A stretch of DNA of 64,000 nt, from positions 12,044-76,043 of the forward strand of contig CAKSSY010000001.1 in the NCBI GenBank assembly GCA_934489945.1. Direction: 5' to 3'. A program made the position numbers and the translations under genes. The notes beneath the pieces are model-generated. The model ran no database searches and was not told where the DNA came from. It saw only the letters and a list, made by a program, of their open reading frames with translations. Below, piece after piece: positions 1-8,506 of the stretch (positions are counted from its first letter, which is position 1; every line of letters starts with the position of its first letter). Source of the stretch: an uncultured Eubacteriales bacterium. Its GTDB lineage: Bacteria; Bacillota; Clostridia; Oscillospirales; CAG-272.

Positions 1-1926
1 ATCGGGAAAGTCGTGTCCTTTGGTTACCATTTGGGTGCCGAGCAGGATATCCGCTTCCCGTCGTCGGAATTTGCCGAGAATCTCTTCATAAGAGGACCGG
101 GCTGCGGTCGTATCGGTATCCATGCGGAGAATCCGTGCACCGGGCAACATTTCGGACAGTTCGCGTTCAACGCGTTGTGTGCCGTATCCGACAAACGAAA
201 GATGTTCGCCGCCGCACTCCGGGCAGGTTTCCGGAACCGGTATTCTCATGCCGCAGAAGTGGCAAACGAGCGTTCCGTCCTCGTAACTGCCTTTTTTTGT
301 GTGATAGGTCAGAGACACACTGCACCGCGGGCAGAGCAGAGATTTTCCGCAGGTCCGGCAGGTGATGAAATTATGATAACCGCGGCGGTTGAGAAACAGA
401 ATGGATTGTTCGTTCTTTTCCAGTGTTTGAGAAAGCAGAGCGGCAAGGTTTTTGCCGATAGGCGAAACATTTCCCGTTCGCATTTCGGCGCGCATATCGT
501 CGATCTGAACCTCGGGAAGGTTGGCACCGCCGTAGCGTTCCTTGAGTTTTACAAGAGTATAGGTACCGTCGGTCGCCTTTTTGAAGCTCTCTATACTCGG
601 CGTTGCGGACGCGAGGAGCATAACGGCGTGATTTACGGCACACCGATAGCGGGCAACATCGCGGGCATGATATTTCGGGTTCATATCGGATTTATAAGTA
701 TGTTCCTGTTCTTCGTCCATGATGATAAGTCCGAGGTCGTGAACCGGAGCGAACACGGCGGAACGGGTTCCGACTACGACATCGGTCTTGCCGTCTCGTA
801 TGACGGAATACGTGTCGATTCTTTCTCCCTGCGAAAGTCCCGAGTGTACAACCGCCACGCGTGCGCCGTAGCGGGCTCGGAAGATGCTGAGGGTCTGCGG
901 CGTCAGGGCTATTTCGGGCAGGAGAACAATCACGCCGCGTCCTGCGGCAAGTACACGGTCTATAAGGGACAGCATAACGCTGGTTTTTCCGCTTCCGGTT
1001 ACGCCGTAAAGAAGGGCACCGTGCGGCTTTCCGGAGGCAAAAAGGGAAGCAAGGGTATCAAATGCCGCTTGTTGTTCCTTGTTCAGTTCGATTGCTTTGG
1101 GAGGAGCGGCATCGGGATCCACGGTGGCAACGCGATATTCGGTTCGTGTCTCAAGACAAATCAGATTTTTGGTTACCAGTGAGCCGAGTTGAGTCTTGGT
1201 GGCTTTTGCCGCTTTCAGAAGGTCCTCCTCTCCCATACTGCCGTTTTCGCCGAGCGTCGCGACGATTGCCCATTGTTTTGGGGAACGCGGAACGCCGGCT
1301 TTGGTCAGAAGGGCTTTTTTCAGACTTTCTTCATCGGCAAGCAGAGAATAACTTCGTTTTTCCACTCCGGCTTCCGAATCTTTCACTTCCATTTCACGGT
1401 GCAGATATCCGGTTTCGCAAAGTTTTTGCACGCTGTTTGCGGCAGTTGCCTTGAAACGGGATTTCAGGGCTGTCAGCGATAACCGTTTTTGCTTTTCCAC
1501 ATGTCGATAGATAAAAAGAGCCTGCATATCAAGCCCTTTGGGATTTGCCGGGAAGATTTTTTCCGTGACCGAATAATACTCCTCAAAGCGCGACAGAACT
1601 GCACTCGGGAGCATGGCATGAATGGCATCGCCGTATGTGCAAAGTGTCATTTCTTTCAGAAATCCGCACAGTCCGATCATTTCCTCGTCCAACCGAACAC
1701 CGTTCGGGCAGACCGACAGGATCGGTTTCACTTCGTCGTATTGCGATTTGTCGGAAAGCGCACTGACCATCGCCATATGGCGTCGGTTTCCCGTTCCGAA
1801 CGGAACCGTAACAAAGGAGCCGCGCCCGACCGACTGCCGCAGATCCGGCGGCAGATAATAGTCGTATGCGCGGTCGATGCAGTAAGGTATGTCAAGAATA
1901 TATACCTGTGCATACTCATTGGGCAT
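1..1926 (-). CDS. priA: Primosomal protein N' (PriA helicase), C-terminus beyond window edge
   Basis: Absent from the ORF track because it runs off the window. Manual reverse-strand translation from the ATG at 1926 (GGAAGGAG upstream) gives MPNEYAQVYILDIPYCIDRAYDYYLPP. It also shows Walker A LLYGVTGSGKTSV, zinc-finger CRTCGKSLLCPRCSVSLTYH..CHFCG, and GTQMVTKGHDFPD at position 1. The + ORF 13..1182 is its antisense shadow. Confidence 0.9.
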   Translation of the reverse strand, partial: MPNEYAQVYILDIPYCIDRAYDYYLPPDLRQSVGRGSFVTVPFGTGNRRHMAMVSALSDKSQYDEVKPILSVCPNGVRLDEEMIGLCGFLKEMTLCTYGDAIHAMLPSAVLSRFEEYYSVTEKIFPANPKGLDMQALFIYRHVEKQKRLSLTALKSRFKATAANSVQKLCETGYLHREMEVKDSEAGVEKRSYSLLADEESLKKALLTKAGVPRSPKQWAIVATLGENGSMGEEDLLKAAKATKTQLGSLVTKNLICLETRTEYRVATVDPDAAPPKAIELNKEQQAAFDTLASLFASGKPHGALLYGVTGSGKTSVMLSLIDRVLAAGRGVIVLLPEIALTPQTLSIFRARYGARVAVVHSGLSQGERIDTYSVIRDGKTDVVVGTRSAVFAPVHDLGLIIMDEEQEHTYKSDMNPKYHARDVARYRCAVNHAVMLLASATPSIESFKKATDGTYTLVKLKERYGGANLPEVQIDDMRAEMRTGNVSPIGKNLAALLSQTLEKNEQSILFLNRRGYHNFITCRTCGKSLLCPRCSVSLTYHTKKGSYEDGTLVCHFCGMRIPVPETCPECGGEHLSFVGYGTQRVERELSEMLPGARILRMDTDTTAARSSYEEILGKFRRREADILLGTQMVTKGHDFPD

Positions 1927-1949
1927 GGTTTGCTCCTTCCAGGAGAAAT

Positions 1950-2309
1950 TCAGTGATTGTCGGTTTCTTCCGACGGATTTTCATCTCCCGTTTCTTTTTC
2001 TGCTTCACTTTCGGATGCTTCCTCAGATTCGGCAACAGCTGTTTCCGGCATATTTTCCACGATGGAATATTCTCCGCTGTAGATCCGGTCTATGGCAATT
2101 TTGACTGCTTTCTCATCTTTCAGCTCCGGATCAATCATAGTGTTGATGGGTTTATCTGTCTCCTTATTTCCGGTGAGGGCTTTTTCGGCGTTTTCGCGCT
2201 GTCTGACATACTCATCTGTTACCTCTCTTGCGCATTTTGCAGTTGCGATGGCGAGCTCATAACGGTTGAATTTGTTTTGGGAAAGTTCACTGAATGTAGG
2301 GTGTAACAT
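1950..2309 (-). CDS. rpoZ: DNA-directed RNA polymerase subunit omega
   Basis: 119 aa, N-terminus MLHPTFSELSQNKFNRYELAIATAKCAREV is typical of RpoZ. Sits in the conserved gmk-rpoZ position. Has an acidic C-terminal tail. Confidence 0.85.
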   Translation of the reverse strand: MLHPTFSELSQNKFNRYELAIATAKCAREVTDEYVRQRENAEKALTGNKETDKPINTMIDPELKDEKAVKIAIDRIYSGEYSIVENMPETAVAESEEASESEAEKETGDENPSEETDNH

Positions 2310-2326
2310 AGATTATCTCCTGTTTT

Positions 2327-2935
2327 TTATTTTTGAAAATAGAGTTTGGCAACATCCGGATTGCGGGAAGAGGACAACTGTTCGGCACGAACAATTGCCA
2401 GAATGTCCTTCGCCGCGCGATCCGGCTCACCGTCCGGATTATAGACGACATAGTCATATTCGGCAAAATGCGGCACTTCGGCTCTGGTTTGTTCCAGTCG
2501 GGCACGGATGACCTCCTCTGTTTCGGTTCCTCTGCCGCGCAGACGTTCTTCCTGAATGGCGAAAGTGGGGGGGAGAAGCATAATCAGGAGGGCATCCGGA
2601 TATTTTTCCCGGATATGAACGGCACCGTTTACATCGATTTCAAGAATCATATTTTTGCCTTCCGCAAGGACGCGTTCGACTTCCTCACGCGGTGTGCCGT
2701 AATAATTTCCGCAATAGAAATTATATTCCAGCATATCGTCATTCTGAATGCGGCGTTCAAATTCTTCACGTGTGATATAGAAATAGTTGACACCGTCCAC
2801 TTCTCCCGGACGGGGGGCTCTGGTTGTGGCAGATACCGAAAAACGGAAATTGCCGGTTGCCAAAAGCTGGGCGTTCACCGTCCCTTTTCCGCTTCCTGCG
2901 GGTCCGGAGACAACGATCAAAAGTCCTTTGTTCAT
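2327..2935 (-). CDS. gmk: Guanylate kinase
   Basis: P-loop VVSGPAGSGKGTV, then SATTRAPRPGEVDGVNYFY, with typical length and synteny. Confidence 0.95.
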   Translation of the reverse strand: MNKGLLIVVSGPAGSGKGTVNAQLLATGNFRFSVSATTRAPRPGEVDGVNYFYITREEFERRIQNDDMLEYNFYCGNYYGTPREEVERVLAEGKNMILEIDVNGAVHIREKYPDALLIMLLPPTFAIQEERLRGRGTETEEVIRARLEQTRAEVPHFAEYDYVVYNPDGEPDRAAKDILAIVRAEQLSSSRNPDVAKLYFQK

Positions 2936-2941
2936 ATGCGG

Positions 2942-3226
2942 TCAATCCTTTCTGTCCGTTGTTTCATCTTCGGTTTCTTCGTCGTCGGAAAACCTGTCTT
3001 CCAATCTGCCTGCGATCGTCTCGGTCTGGATGGCGGAGAGGACAACATGCTCCGAATCGGTAATAATGACCGAACGGGTTCTTCTGCCACAGGTGACATC
3101 AATGGCACGTCCGTCATCCTTGGCATCCTGCACCAGACGTTTGACAGGGGCGGAATCGGGGCTTGCCAACGCCACGATTCTGTCGGCAGCGATCATATTG
3201 CCGAATCCGATGTTGATGAATTTCAT
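2942..3226 (-). CDS. remA: RemA/DUF370 family regulator
   Basis: [67 protein letters not shown] closely matches the RemA (YlzA) signature. Lies upstream of gmk, as in other Firmicutes. Confidence 0.85.
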   Translation of the reverse strand: MKFINIGFGNMIAADRIVALASPDSAPVKRLVQDAKDDGRAIDVTCGRRTRSVIITDSEHVVLSAIQTETIAGRLEDRFSDDEETEDETTDRKD

Positions 3227-3243
3227 TTTTCAGCAGCCTTTCT

Positions 3244-4131
3244 TTATTCGATATTCTGAATCTGTTCACGAATCTTTTCCAGTTCTGTTTTGGCATCGAC
3301 TACCAGATGTGCGATGTCCGAGTTGGAGCATTTGGAACCGATGGTATTGATTTCGCGGTTCATTTCCTGAACGAGGAAGTCGAGCTTTCGGCCTGCCGGT
3401 TCCCCGGATGACGCGATATCCTCAAACGCCTTGAAATGCGAGCGGAGTCGCACCAGCTCTTCGTCAATGGCGACCCGGTCGGCGAAAATGGCGCACTCGG
3501 TCAGAATACGGTTCTCGTCAACTGTAATTTTATTGTCGGCAAGAATTTGTTCAAGGCGTTCACGGAGTTTGTCGCGATACCCGTCAATGTCCTTTTCGGA
3601 AAGTGCGGCGATCTTGTCGGCAATTGTACGGATTGTCGCAATCTTGACGCTAAGGTCGGCTTCCATACGTGCACCTTCCGCCGCACGGGCGGACAGAAAT
3701 CCGTCGACGGCGGGGGAGAGAACCGAAAAAAGATCCTGCCAATCGGAAGCGGCATCCTCCTCGGGCTTACGGATGACAAAAATGTCGGAGTTGCGCGCCA
3801 CGCTCATCACGCTGATATCATCGGCAAGACCGAACTCATCACGCAGGTGGTGAAGGGCTTCCAAATATCCCTTGGTGTAAGCGATGTCGAGCGCAATATT
3901 TACGCCTTCGTTTTCCTGAACTTCGACGCTGATGCCGACATCAACTTTTCCGCGTGAAATTCCCTGTGACAGAAGGAACGGTTTGATTTTTTCCTCTAGA
4001 TAGGAGTAAGCACGCGGGAGTCGCACATTACAATCGAAAAAACGGTTATTGACGCTACGGATTTCGACGGTGATGTCTTTTCCGCCGACAGTTTTCTTTG
4101 CGCGACCGAAGGCGGTCATACTTTTCATCAT
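3244..4131 (-). CDS. yloC: YicC/YloC family (endoribonuclease-like) protein
   Basis: MKSMTAFGRA N-terminus and NREINTIGSK C-terminal motif. Start moved to the ATG 7 nt after GGAGGTG; the listed ORF extends to 4164. Confidence 0.85.
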   Translation of the reverse strand: MMKSMTAFGRAKKTVGGKDITVEIRSVNNRFFDCNVRLPRAYSYLEEKIKPFLLSQGISRGKVDVGISVEVQENEGVNIALDIAYTKGYLEALHHLRDEFGLADDISVMSVARNSDIFVIRKPEEDAASDWQDLFSVLSPAVDGFLSARAAEGARMEADLSVKIATIRTIADKIAALSEKDIDGYRDKLRERLEQILADNKITVDENRILTECAIFADRVAIDEELVRLRSHFKAFEDIASSGEPAGRKLDFLVQEMNREINTIGSKCSNSDIAHLVVDAKTELEKIREQIQNIE

Positions 4132-4279
4132 ACGGAGTGTCACCTCCTCAATATAAACATACACACATATTGTAAACCTTTTTTATAATTTTGTCAACAA
4201 CGGACGGAGTCTTTTTTTATTTCCGAAACAAAAAAATTGCAGAAAATGTAAAAAAACGAAAAAAAGTTTAAAAATTCAC

Positions 4280-4308
4280 TTGCAAATCCGGAAAAAATGA
4301 GATATAAT
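4280..4308 (+). promoter_or_regulatory. Sigma-A type promoter for efp (TTGCAA-N17-TATAAT)
   Basis: TTGCAA at 4280-4285 and TATAAT at 4303-4308, with a 17-nt spacer, in an AT-rich gap upstream of efp. Confidence 0.5.
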
Positions 4309-4363
4309 AATACGTAAAAATATTTTCAAAGCTGATTCAGCTATTTTTTGGGAGGTTTAATTT

Positions 4364-4924
4364 ATGGTAGTAGCAGGCGATTTCAGAAACGGTATTACGT
4401 TTGACGACGGTCAGGGCAATGTTCTTCAGGTCATTGAATTTCAGCACGTGAAGCCCGGCAAAGGCGCGGCTTTTGTCCGTACCAAGCTCAAGAATGTGAT
4501 TTCGGGTGCCGTGATTGAAAAGACGTTTAACCCCACCGATAAGTTTGAAAACGCATATATCGAGAGAAGAGAAATGCAGTATTCCTATGATGATGGAGAT
4601 CTTTATCATTTCATGGATACCGAAACATGGGAGGAAACGCTCATTCCTCACGACAAGGTGGATGACAATTTCCGTTTTGTCAAGGAAGAAATGATGTGCA
4701 AGATCATTTCTTACAAGGGAAATGTATTCGGAGTTGAGCCTCCCACATTTGTGGAGCTTGCCGTTACGCACACCGATCCCGGTTTTGCAGGCAACACCGC
4801 AACCAACACTCTCAAGCCCGCAACACTTGAGACCGGTGCGGTCATCAAGGTTCCGCTCTTTATCAATGAAGGCGAAGTGCTGAAGATTGATACCAGAACC
4901 GGCGAATATCTTGCACGCGCGTAA
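4364..4924 (+). CDS. efp: Elongation factor P
   Basis: [39 protein letters not shown] is the canonical EF-P N-terminus. 186 aa, with GGGAGG RBS. Confidence 0.97.
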   Translation: MVVAGDFRNGITFDDGQGNVLQVIEFQHVKPGKGAAFVRTKLKNVISGAVIEKTFNPTDKFENAYIERREMQYSYDDGDLYHFMDTETWEETLIPHDKVDDNFRFVKEEMMCKIISYKGNVFGVEPPTFVELAVTHTDPGFAGNTATNTLKPATLETGAVIKVPLFINEGEVLKIDTRTGEYLARA

Positions 4925-4969
4925 GGAAAATAACGGAGTCCGCACCCGATGCGGCAGAAAGGATCAGAA

Positions 4970-5461
4970 ATGAAACTTACAGAAAAAGCAGCGTATATCA
5001 AAGGATTGGCTGACGGTGTTGAATACGACAAAAACACCAAGGAAGGCAAGCTGATTGCCGCTTTGATTGATATGGTGGATGAAATGGCAAAGAAGATCGA
5101 CGTCCTTGACGAAACGATTGACGAGCTGAACGATTACATTGAGGAAATCGATGAGGATCTCGGCGATGTGGAGGAGTGCCTTTGCGACGGAGATTGTGAC
5201 GAATGTGACGACGAGGATTGTGACGGCGATTGCGAGAACTGCGACCATTCGGATGAATGTGACATTGCCGACGAAGACGAGGATGATGACGAGGAGGGTA
5301 ATGAGTATTTTGAAATCAAGTGTCCTTCTTGCGGTGAAGTAATCTGCTTTGACGAGAGCATTGATCCTGAGGACCTCATTTGTCCCGCGTGCCACGAGAA
5401 GATCGCGTGCATTGTCGACGAGGAAGATTATAAGAAGGTCAAAGAGGACGAAAAGAACTGA
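4970..5461 (+). CDS. Acidic Cys/Asp-rich protein with C-terminal zinc ribbon (CD1247 N-terminal-domain-like, name from memory)
   Basis: Start MKLTEKAAYIKGLADG lies after AAAGGA. Central CLCDGDCDECDDEDCDGDCENCDHSDECD. C-terminal CPSCG..CPACH ribbon. Confidence 0.6.
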   Translation: MKLTEKAAYIKGLADGVEYDKNTKEGKLIAALIDMVDEMAKKIDVLDETIDELNDYIEEIDEDLGDVEECLCDGDCDECDDEDCDGDCENCDHSDECDIADEDEDDDEEGNEYFEIKCPSCGEVICFDESIDPEDLICPACHEKIACIVDEEDYKKVKEDEKN

Positions 5462-5495
5462 CAGAGCCGTGAAAATACGGTTTGCGAACAGAAAA

Positions 5496-5697
5496 GGGGC
5501 TGTTAAAAAACTTGATGTTTTTAACAGCCCCTCAAAAATGCCGGTTGGGATTCCGGTATTTTGGATGCGATCTTGGTCGTTTTTGCCTCTGTGATTATGT
5601 TTTTTGATTTTTCCTGGTGGCAAAACGGCGGCTGAAAGCCACCGGGACCAAAGTCGTCGGGGTGTTAAAAAACTCATTTTGAGTTTTTTAACACCCC
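5496..5697 (+). repeat. Four-hairpin intergenic repeat element, copy 1 (full length)
   Basis: Four modules: H1 GGGGCTGTTAAAAA..TTTTTAACAGCCCC; H2 AAAATGCCGG..CCGGTATTTT; a spacer containing CACAGAGGCAAAAAC (read on the reverse strand), then H3 GGCTGAAAGCC; H4 GGGGTGTTAAAAAACTC..GAGTTTTTTAACACCCC. Matches 15083..15284 in inverted order. Sits between convergent genes. Confidence 0.8.
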
Positions 5698-5700
5698 TTT

Positions 5701-6675
5701 TCAGTGCAGTTGGGTTTCGTACAGAAGAAAACCGACAATCGCTGCCAACGTCGAGGCAAAGATAAGCGTCTTAGATGCCGGACGGGCACCGATACGATCG
5801 GCGAGCAGGTGATGGAAATGCGAGCGGTCCGGCAGAAGTGGGTTCTTTCCCGATGACAGGCGGCGCAGGACGGCGAAAACCAGGTCGGCAAGCGGAAGAG
5901 AAAAGACGAGCATAAGAATCAGCGGCGCACGAATTGCCCGAACGGCAAGAAAAGCCAGCATAAAACCGAGAAAGGTAGAGCCGGTATCTCCGAGAAAAAG
6001 CCGTGCCCCCCGCAAATTGTATGGAAGAAATCCGATACACGCGCCGCCTAGAATAAAACATATTGCGGCGTATCCGAGCGGAGGGGCAGAAAGCGAGATG
6101 AGACCGATAGCCAAACTTTCGACGAGAGAAACACCGGCACAAAGACCATCCAATCCATCAATAAAGTTGTGTGCGTTGATAAGCGTGACAAGAAAAAGAA
6201 CGGTAATCGGGGTTGAAAATGCGCCGAGCGACAGGTCTTTTCCGCCGATACGAAGAATCTGAAGTACATTTCCCCCCAGTGTCGACACAAACGCCGCCGC
6301 ACACTGGACACCGAACTTCAGTCCCGGAGGAAGGGAGAGCTCATCGTCCAACACGCCGACAAGCACAATCAAAACCGCACCCGCCAAAGCATAAAACAAA
6401 TCGGGCGCAATTTCATAGCCGTATAAGAGAGTCAAAATAAGGAACGCAAAATAGACCGACAGTCCTCCCAACCGCGGTACAGGATGCTTGTGCATCCGCC
6501 GTCCGTCACGCGGGATGTCGATGGCACCCAATCGAGCTGCCACGCGAAAGTCGAACGGTGTCAGCAGGAGCGAGAGGAGTGCCGAGAAGATCATGGCACG
6601 AAAAAGCCAAAGAATCTGCAAATCGTTCCGCCTTTCCGCGTGCCATTTTGTCAGATCACAAAACCGATCCTGCAT
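5701..6675 (-). CDS. Glycosyltransferase family 4 (MraY/WecA/TagO-like undecaprenyl-phosphate sugar-phosphate transferase)
   Basis: RRMHKHPVPRLGGL, VLDDELSLPP, NAHNFIDGLDGL and LGDTGSTFLGF motifs, with multiple TM segments. Start is uncertain: M at 6675 or 6594. The listed ORF to 6738 includes trpS-derived sequence. Confidence 0.8.
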   Translation of the reverse strand: MQDRFCDLTKWHAERRNDLQILWLFRAMIFSALLSLLLTPFDFRVAARLGAIDIPRDGRRMHKHPVPRLGGLSVYFAFLILTLLYGYEIAPDLFYALAGAVLIVLVGVLDDELSLPPGLKFGVQCAAAFVSTLGGNVLQILRIGGKDLSLGAFSTPITVLFLVTLINAHNFIDGLDGLCAGVSLVESLAIGLISLSAPPLGYAAICFILGGACIGFLPYNLRGARLFLGDTGSTFLGFMLAFLAVRAIRAPLILMLVFSLPLADLVFAVLRRLSSGKNPLLPDRSHFHHLLADRIGARPASKTLIFASTLAAIVGFLLYETQLH

Positions 6676-7030
6676 TTGATTTTGGAGAGCATTTTCCTTA
6701 TACAGTACAATAGAGATTCCCTCGGCAACCCTTTTCATGATACCATCAAGATAAGTCTTGTCGGTGAGAATCCGACGAATTCTTTCGTTTGCCGGCGTCA
6801 GCGCATCGGTACAGAACTGACCGACAGCCGACTTGAAGTCGTCATAGCCATTCCCGTCAAATTCTTCTTCGATTTTTCAAAATTCTTGCCTGTAAAGCAG
6901 AAACGGATTGACATGAGGTTGTCGATTTCGTTCCCGTCATCCGCATAGCGGGCGACGATAACGGAATCGGGCACGGCACGCTTGCTTTTCCTTATGATTG
7001 TGTCCCTGTCATTCGGAATATATACCACTG
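6640..7030 (-). pseudogene. Decayed C-terminal fragment of tryptophanyl-tRNA synthetase (trpS relic)
   Basis: Three reading frames together read YIPNDRDTIIRKSKRAVPDS..EIDNLMSI..TGKNFEK / IEEEFDGNGYDDFKSAVGQFCTDALTPANERIRRILTDKTYLDGIMKRVAEG. This is collinear with the last ~130 aa of bacterial TrpRS. There is a frameshift in the homopolymer at 6873-6877 and no KMSKS motif or N-terminal catalytic domain. Confidence 0.6.
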
Positions 7031-7106
7031 TGTTGGTATTTTCGTCCGATTTGCTGGTTTTCTTTGCCGGATTGGTGGATTATCGGCGAGAGAATCCGGT
7101 TGCTGG

Positions 7107-8315
7107 TTAGACATGGTGTTTTTTCTTTCCGAGATATTCGCGGGCGATTTCCCCGAGCGTTTTGATGCCGGACGTGATTTGCTCATCGGATGGGGTGGAA
7201 TAGTTTAGGCGGAAAGAACGGGACGGTGCCTCGGTGTCGCAGTTGAACGCCGTGCCGGGAACTACAGCAATCTTTTTATCAATGGCAAATCGGGTAAATT
7301 CGGTTGCGTCGCAACCTTCCGGCAGTGTACACCAAATGAAAAGTCCTCCCTCCGGACGTGTGTAGGCGACCTCCCTCGGCATTTCACGATCAAGTGCATC
7401 CAGCATCAGTCCGCACTTATGACGATAAATCGCACGTATTTTTTCGATGTGAGCATCCAAATCACATTCGGTCATATAGCGATAGCAGAGCATTTGGAAA
7501 AAGATATTGGAGTGAACATCTTCACACTGTTTCCCTACGACCATCTTCTGTACAACCGCTTCCGGTCCGATGACAAAACCGATCCGCATTCCGGCGGAAA
7601 GAATTTTGGAAAAAGAGGAGCAGTAAATGACAATGTCCTCGGTATCCATACTCTTGATTGTGGGGATTTCCTCGCCTGCGAACCGAAGTTCTCCGTAGGG
7701 ATTGTCCTCTAAAATGAGGATGCCGTATTTTACGGCAATTTCGTAGATCTGTTTGCGACGGGCAAGTGAGGTTGTGGAACCGCTCGGGTTTTGGAACGTG
7801 GGAATCAGGTAGAGCAGTTTGGCTTTAGGAGTTGTCTTGAGGGTTTCTTCGAGCTTTTCGGGGTCTATGCCGTCATCATCCATCGGAACGCCGATTGTTT
7901 CGGCACCGCAGGCACGGAAGGAGTTAAGGGCACCGATGAAACTCGGATTTTCGCAGATTACGGCGTCGCCGGGATTACAGAGGACGCGACAGCAAAGGTC
8001 AATGCCCTGATTGCCTCCCGATACAACGATGGTCATATCTTTTTCACCGCCGATGCCGAATTTTGCTTTCTGACGTTCGGCGATCGCGTTGCGGAAAGGA
8101 GGAAATCCCTCGGTGATACTGTACTGAAGTGCCTGCGTGGAGGCGTTTGCAAAAATGTCGGCAGAGAGTTTTGTCAATTCTTCAACAGGGAAGGATTCGG
8201 GTGCCGGATTCCCTGCCGCAAAGGAAACGATCGAGGGGTCGGTGAGACTCTTGAAGATCTCACGGATCGCGGACGGTTTCAGATTCTGAAAGGCATTGGA
8301 AAACGTATATTGCAT
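7107..8315 (-). CDS. PLP-dependent aminotransferase, class I/II (LysN/2-aminoadipate transaminase-like)
   Basis: MQYTFSNAFQNLKPSAIREIF..FAAGNPAPESFP and the SFSKILSAGMRIGF lysine motif. Start ATG at 8315 follows AAAGGAGA; the listed ORF is over-extended to 8465. Confidence 0.85.
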   Translation of the reverse strand: MQYTFSNAFQNLKPSAIREIFKSLTDPSIVSFAAGNPAPESFPVEELTKLSADIFANASTQALQYSITEGFPPFRNAIAERQKAKFGIGGEKDMTIVVSGGNQGIDLCCRVLCNPGDAVICENPSFIGALNSFRACGAETIGVPMDDDGIDPEKLEETLKTTPKAKLLYLIPTFQNPSGSTTSLARRKQIYEIAVKYGILILEDNPYGELRFAGEEIPTIKSMDTEDIVIYCSSFSKILSAGMRIGFVIGPEAVVQKMVVGKQCEDVHSNIFFQMLCYRYMTECDLDAHIEKIRAIYRHKCGLMLDALDREMPREVAYTRPEGGLFIWCTLPEGCDATEFTRFAIDKKIAVVPGTAFNCDTEAPSRSFRLNYSTPSDEQITSGIKTLGEIAREYLGKKKHHV

Positions 8316-8444
8316 AGAAAATCTCCTTTGAGAATGATATTTCATTTCTATTTTACCATACAACCTTTCTGATTTCAAGCATATTCTTCGGAAAATTCTT
8401 CCTCGGGCGGCGAAGATTTGGTTGTTTTTGCTCTCAATTGGTGC

Positions 8445-8473
8445 TTGACAACGAATACAAATCATAGTATACT
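8445..8473 (+). promoter_or_regulatory. Sigma-A type promoter (TTGACA-N17-TATACT) for ORF 8507
   Basis: TTGACA at 8445-8450 and TATACT at 8468-8473. Confidence 0.45.
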
Positions 8474-8506
8474 GTAAAAAAGTTTTTTAAAGGTAATTTT
8501 GCATTT

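Noticed and set aside
13-1182. 389-aa + strand ORF at the start of the window
   Set aside because: It is the antisense shadow of priA. The reverse strand encodes an unmistakable PriA with Walker A, a zinc finger and helicase motifs, while the + frame peptide is low-complexity with no motifs or RBS.
5134-5412. Ser-rich 92-aa reverse-strand ORF
   Set aside because: It is antisense to the GAT/GAA/GAC-rich acidic region of the Cys/Asp-rich protein gene, so it is a compositional mirror artefact.
5496-5697. Interpreting the four-hairpin repeat as an autonomous IS or as a protein-coding mini-gene, since the track shows short ORFs such as ..FLTAPPKCR.. in several copies
   Set aside because: There is no transposase-sized ORF. 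The short ORFs exist only because the same DNA is repeated, and their frames are broken differently in each copy.
6992-7186. MSKS tetrapeptide at the start of the 64-aa ORF, considered as the class-I synthetase KMSKS loop of the trpS relic
   Set aside because: It lies inside the 3' end of the aminotransferase gene in another frame. It is also about 40 residues too far upstream relative to the AVTDS-equivalent segment. This is a coincidence.
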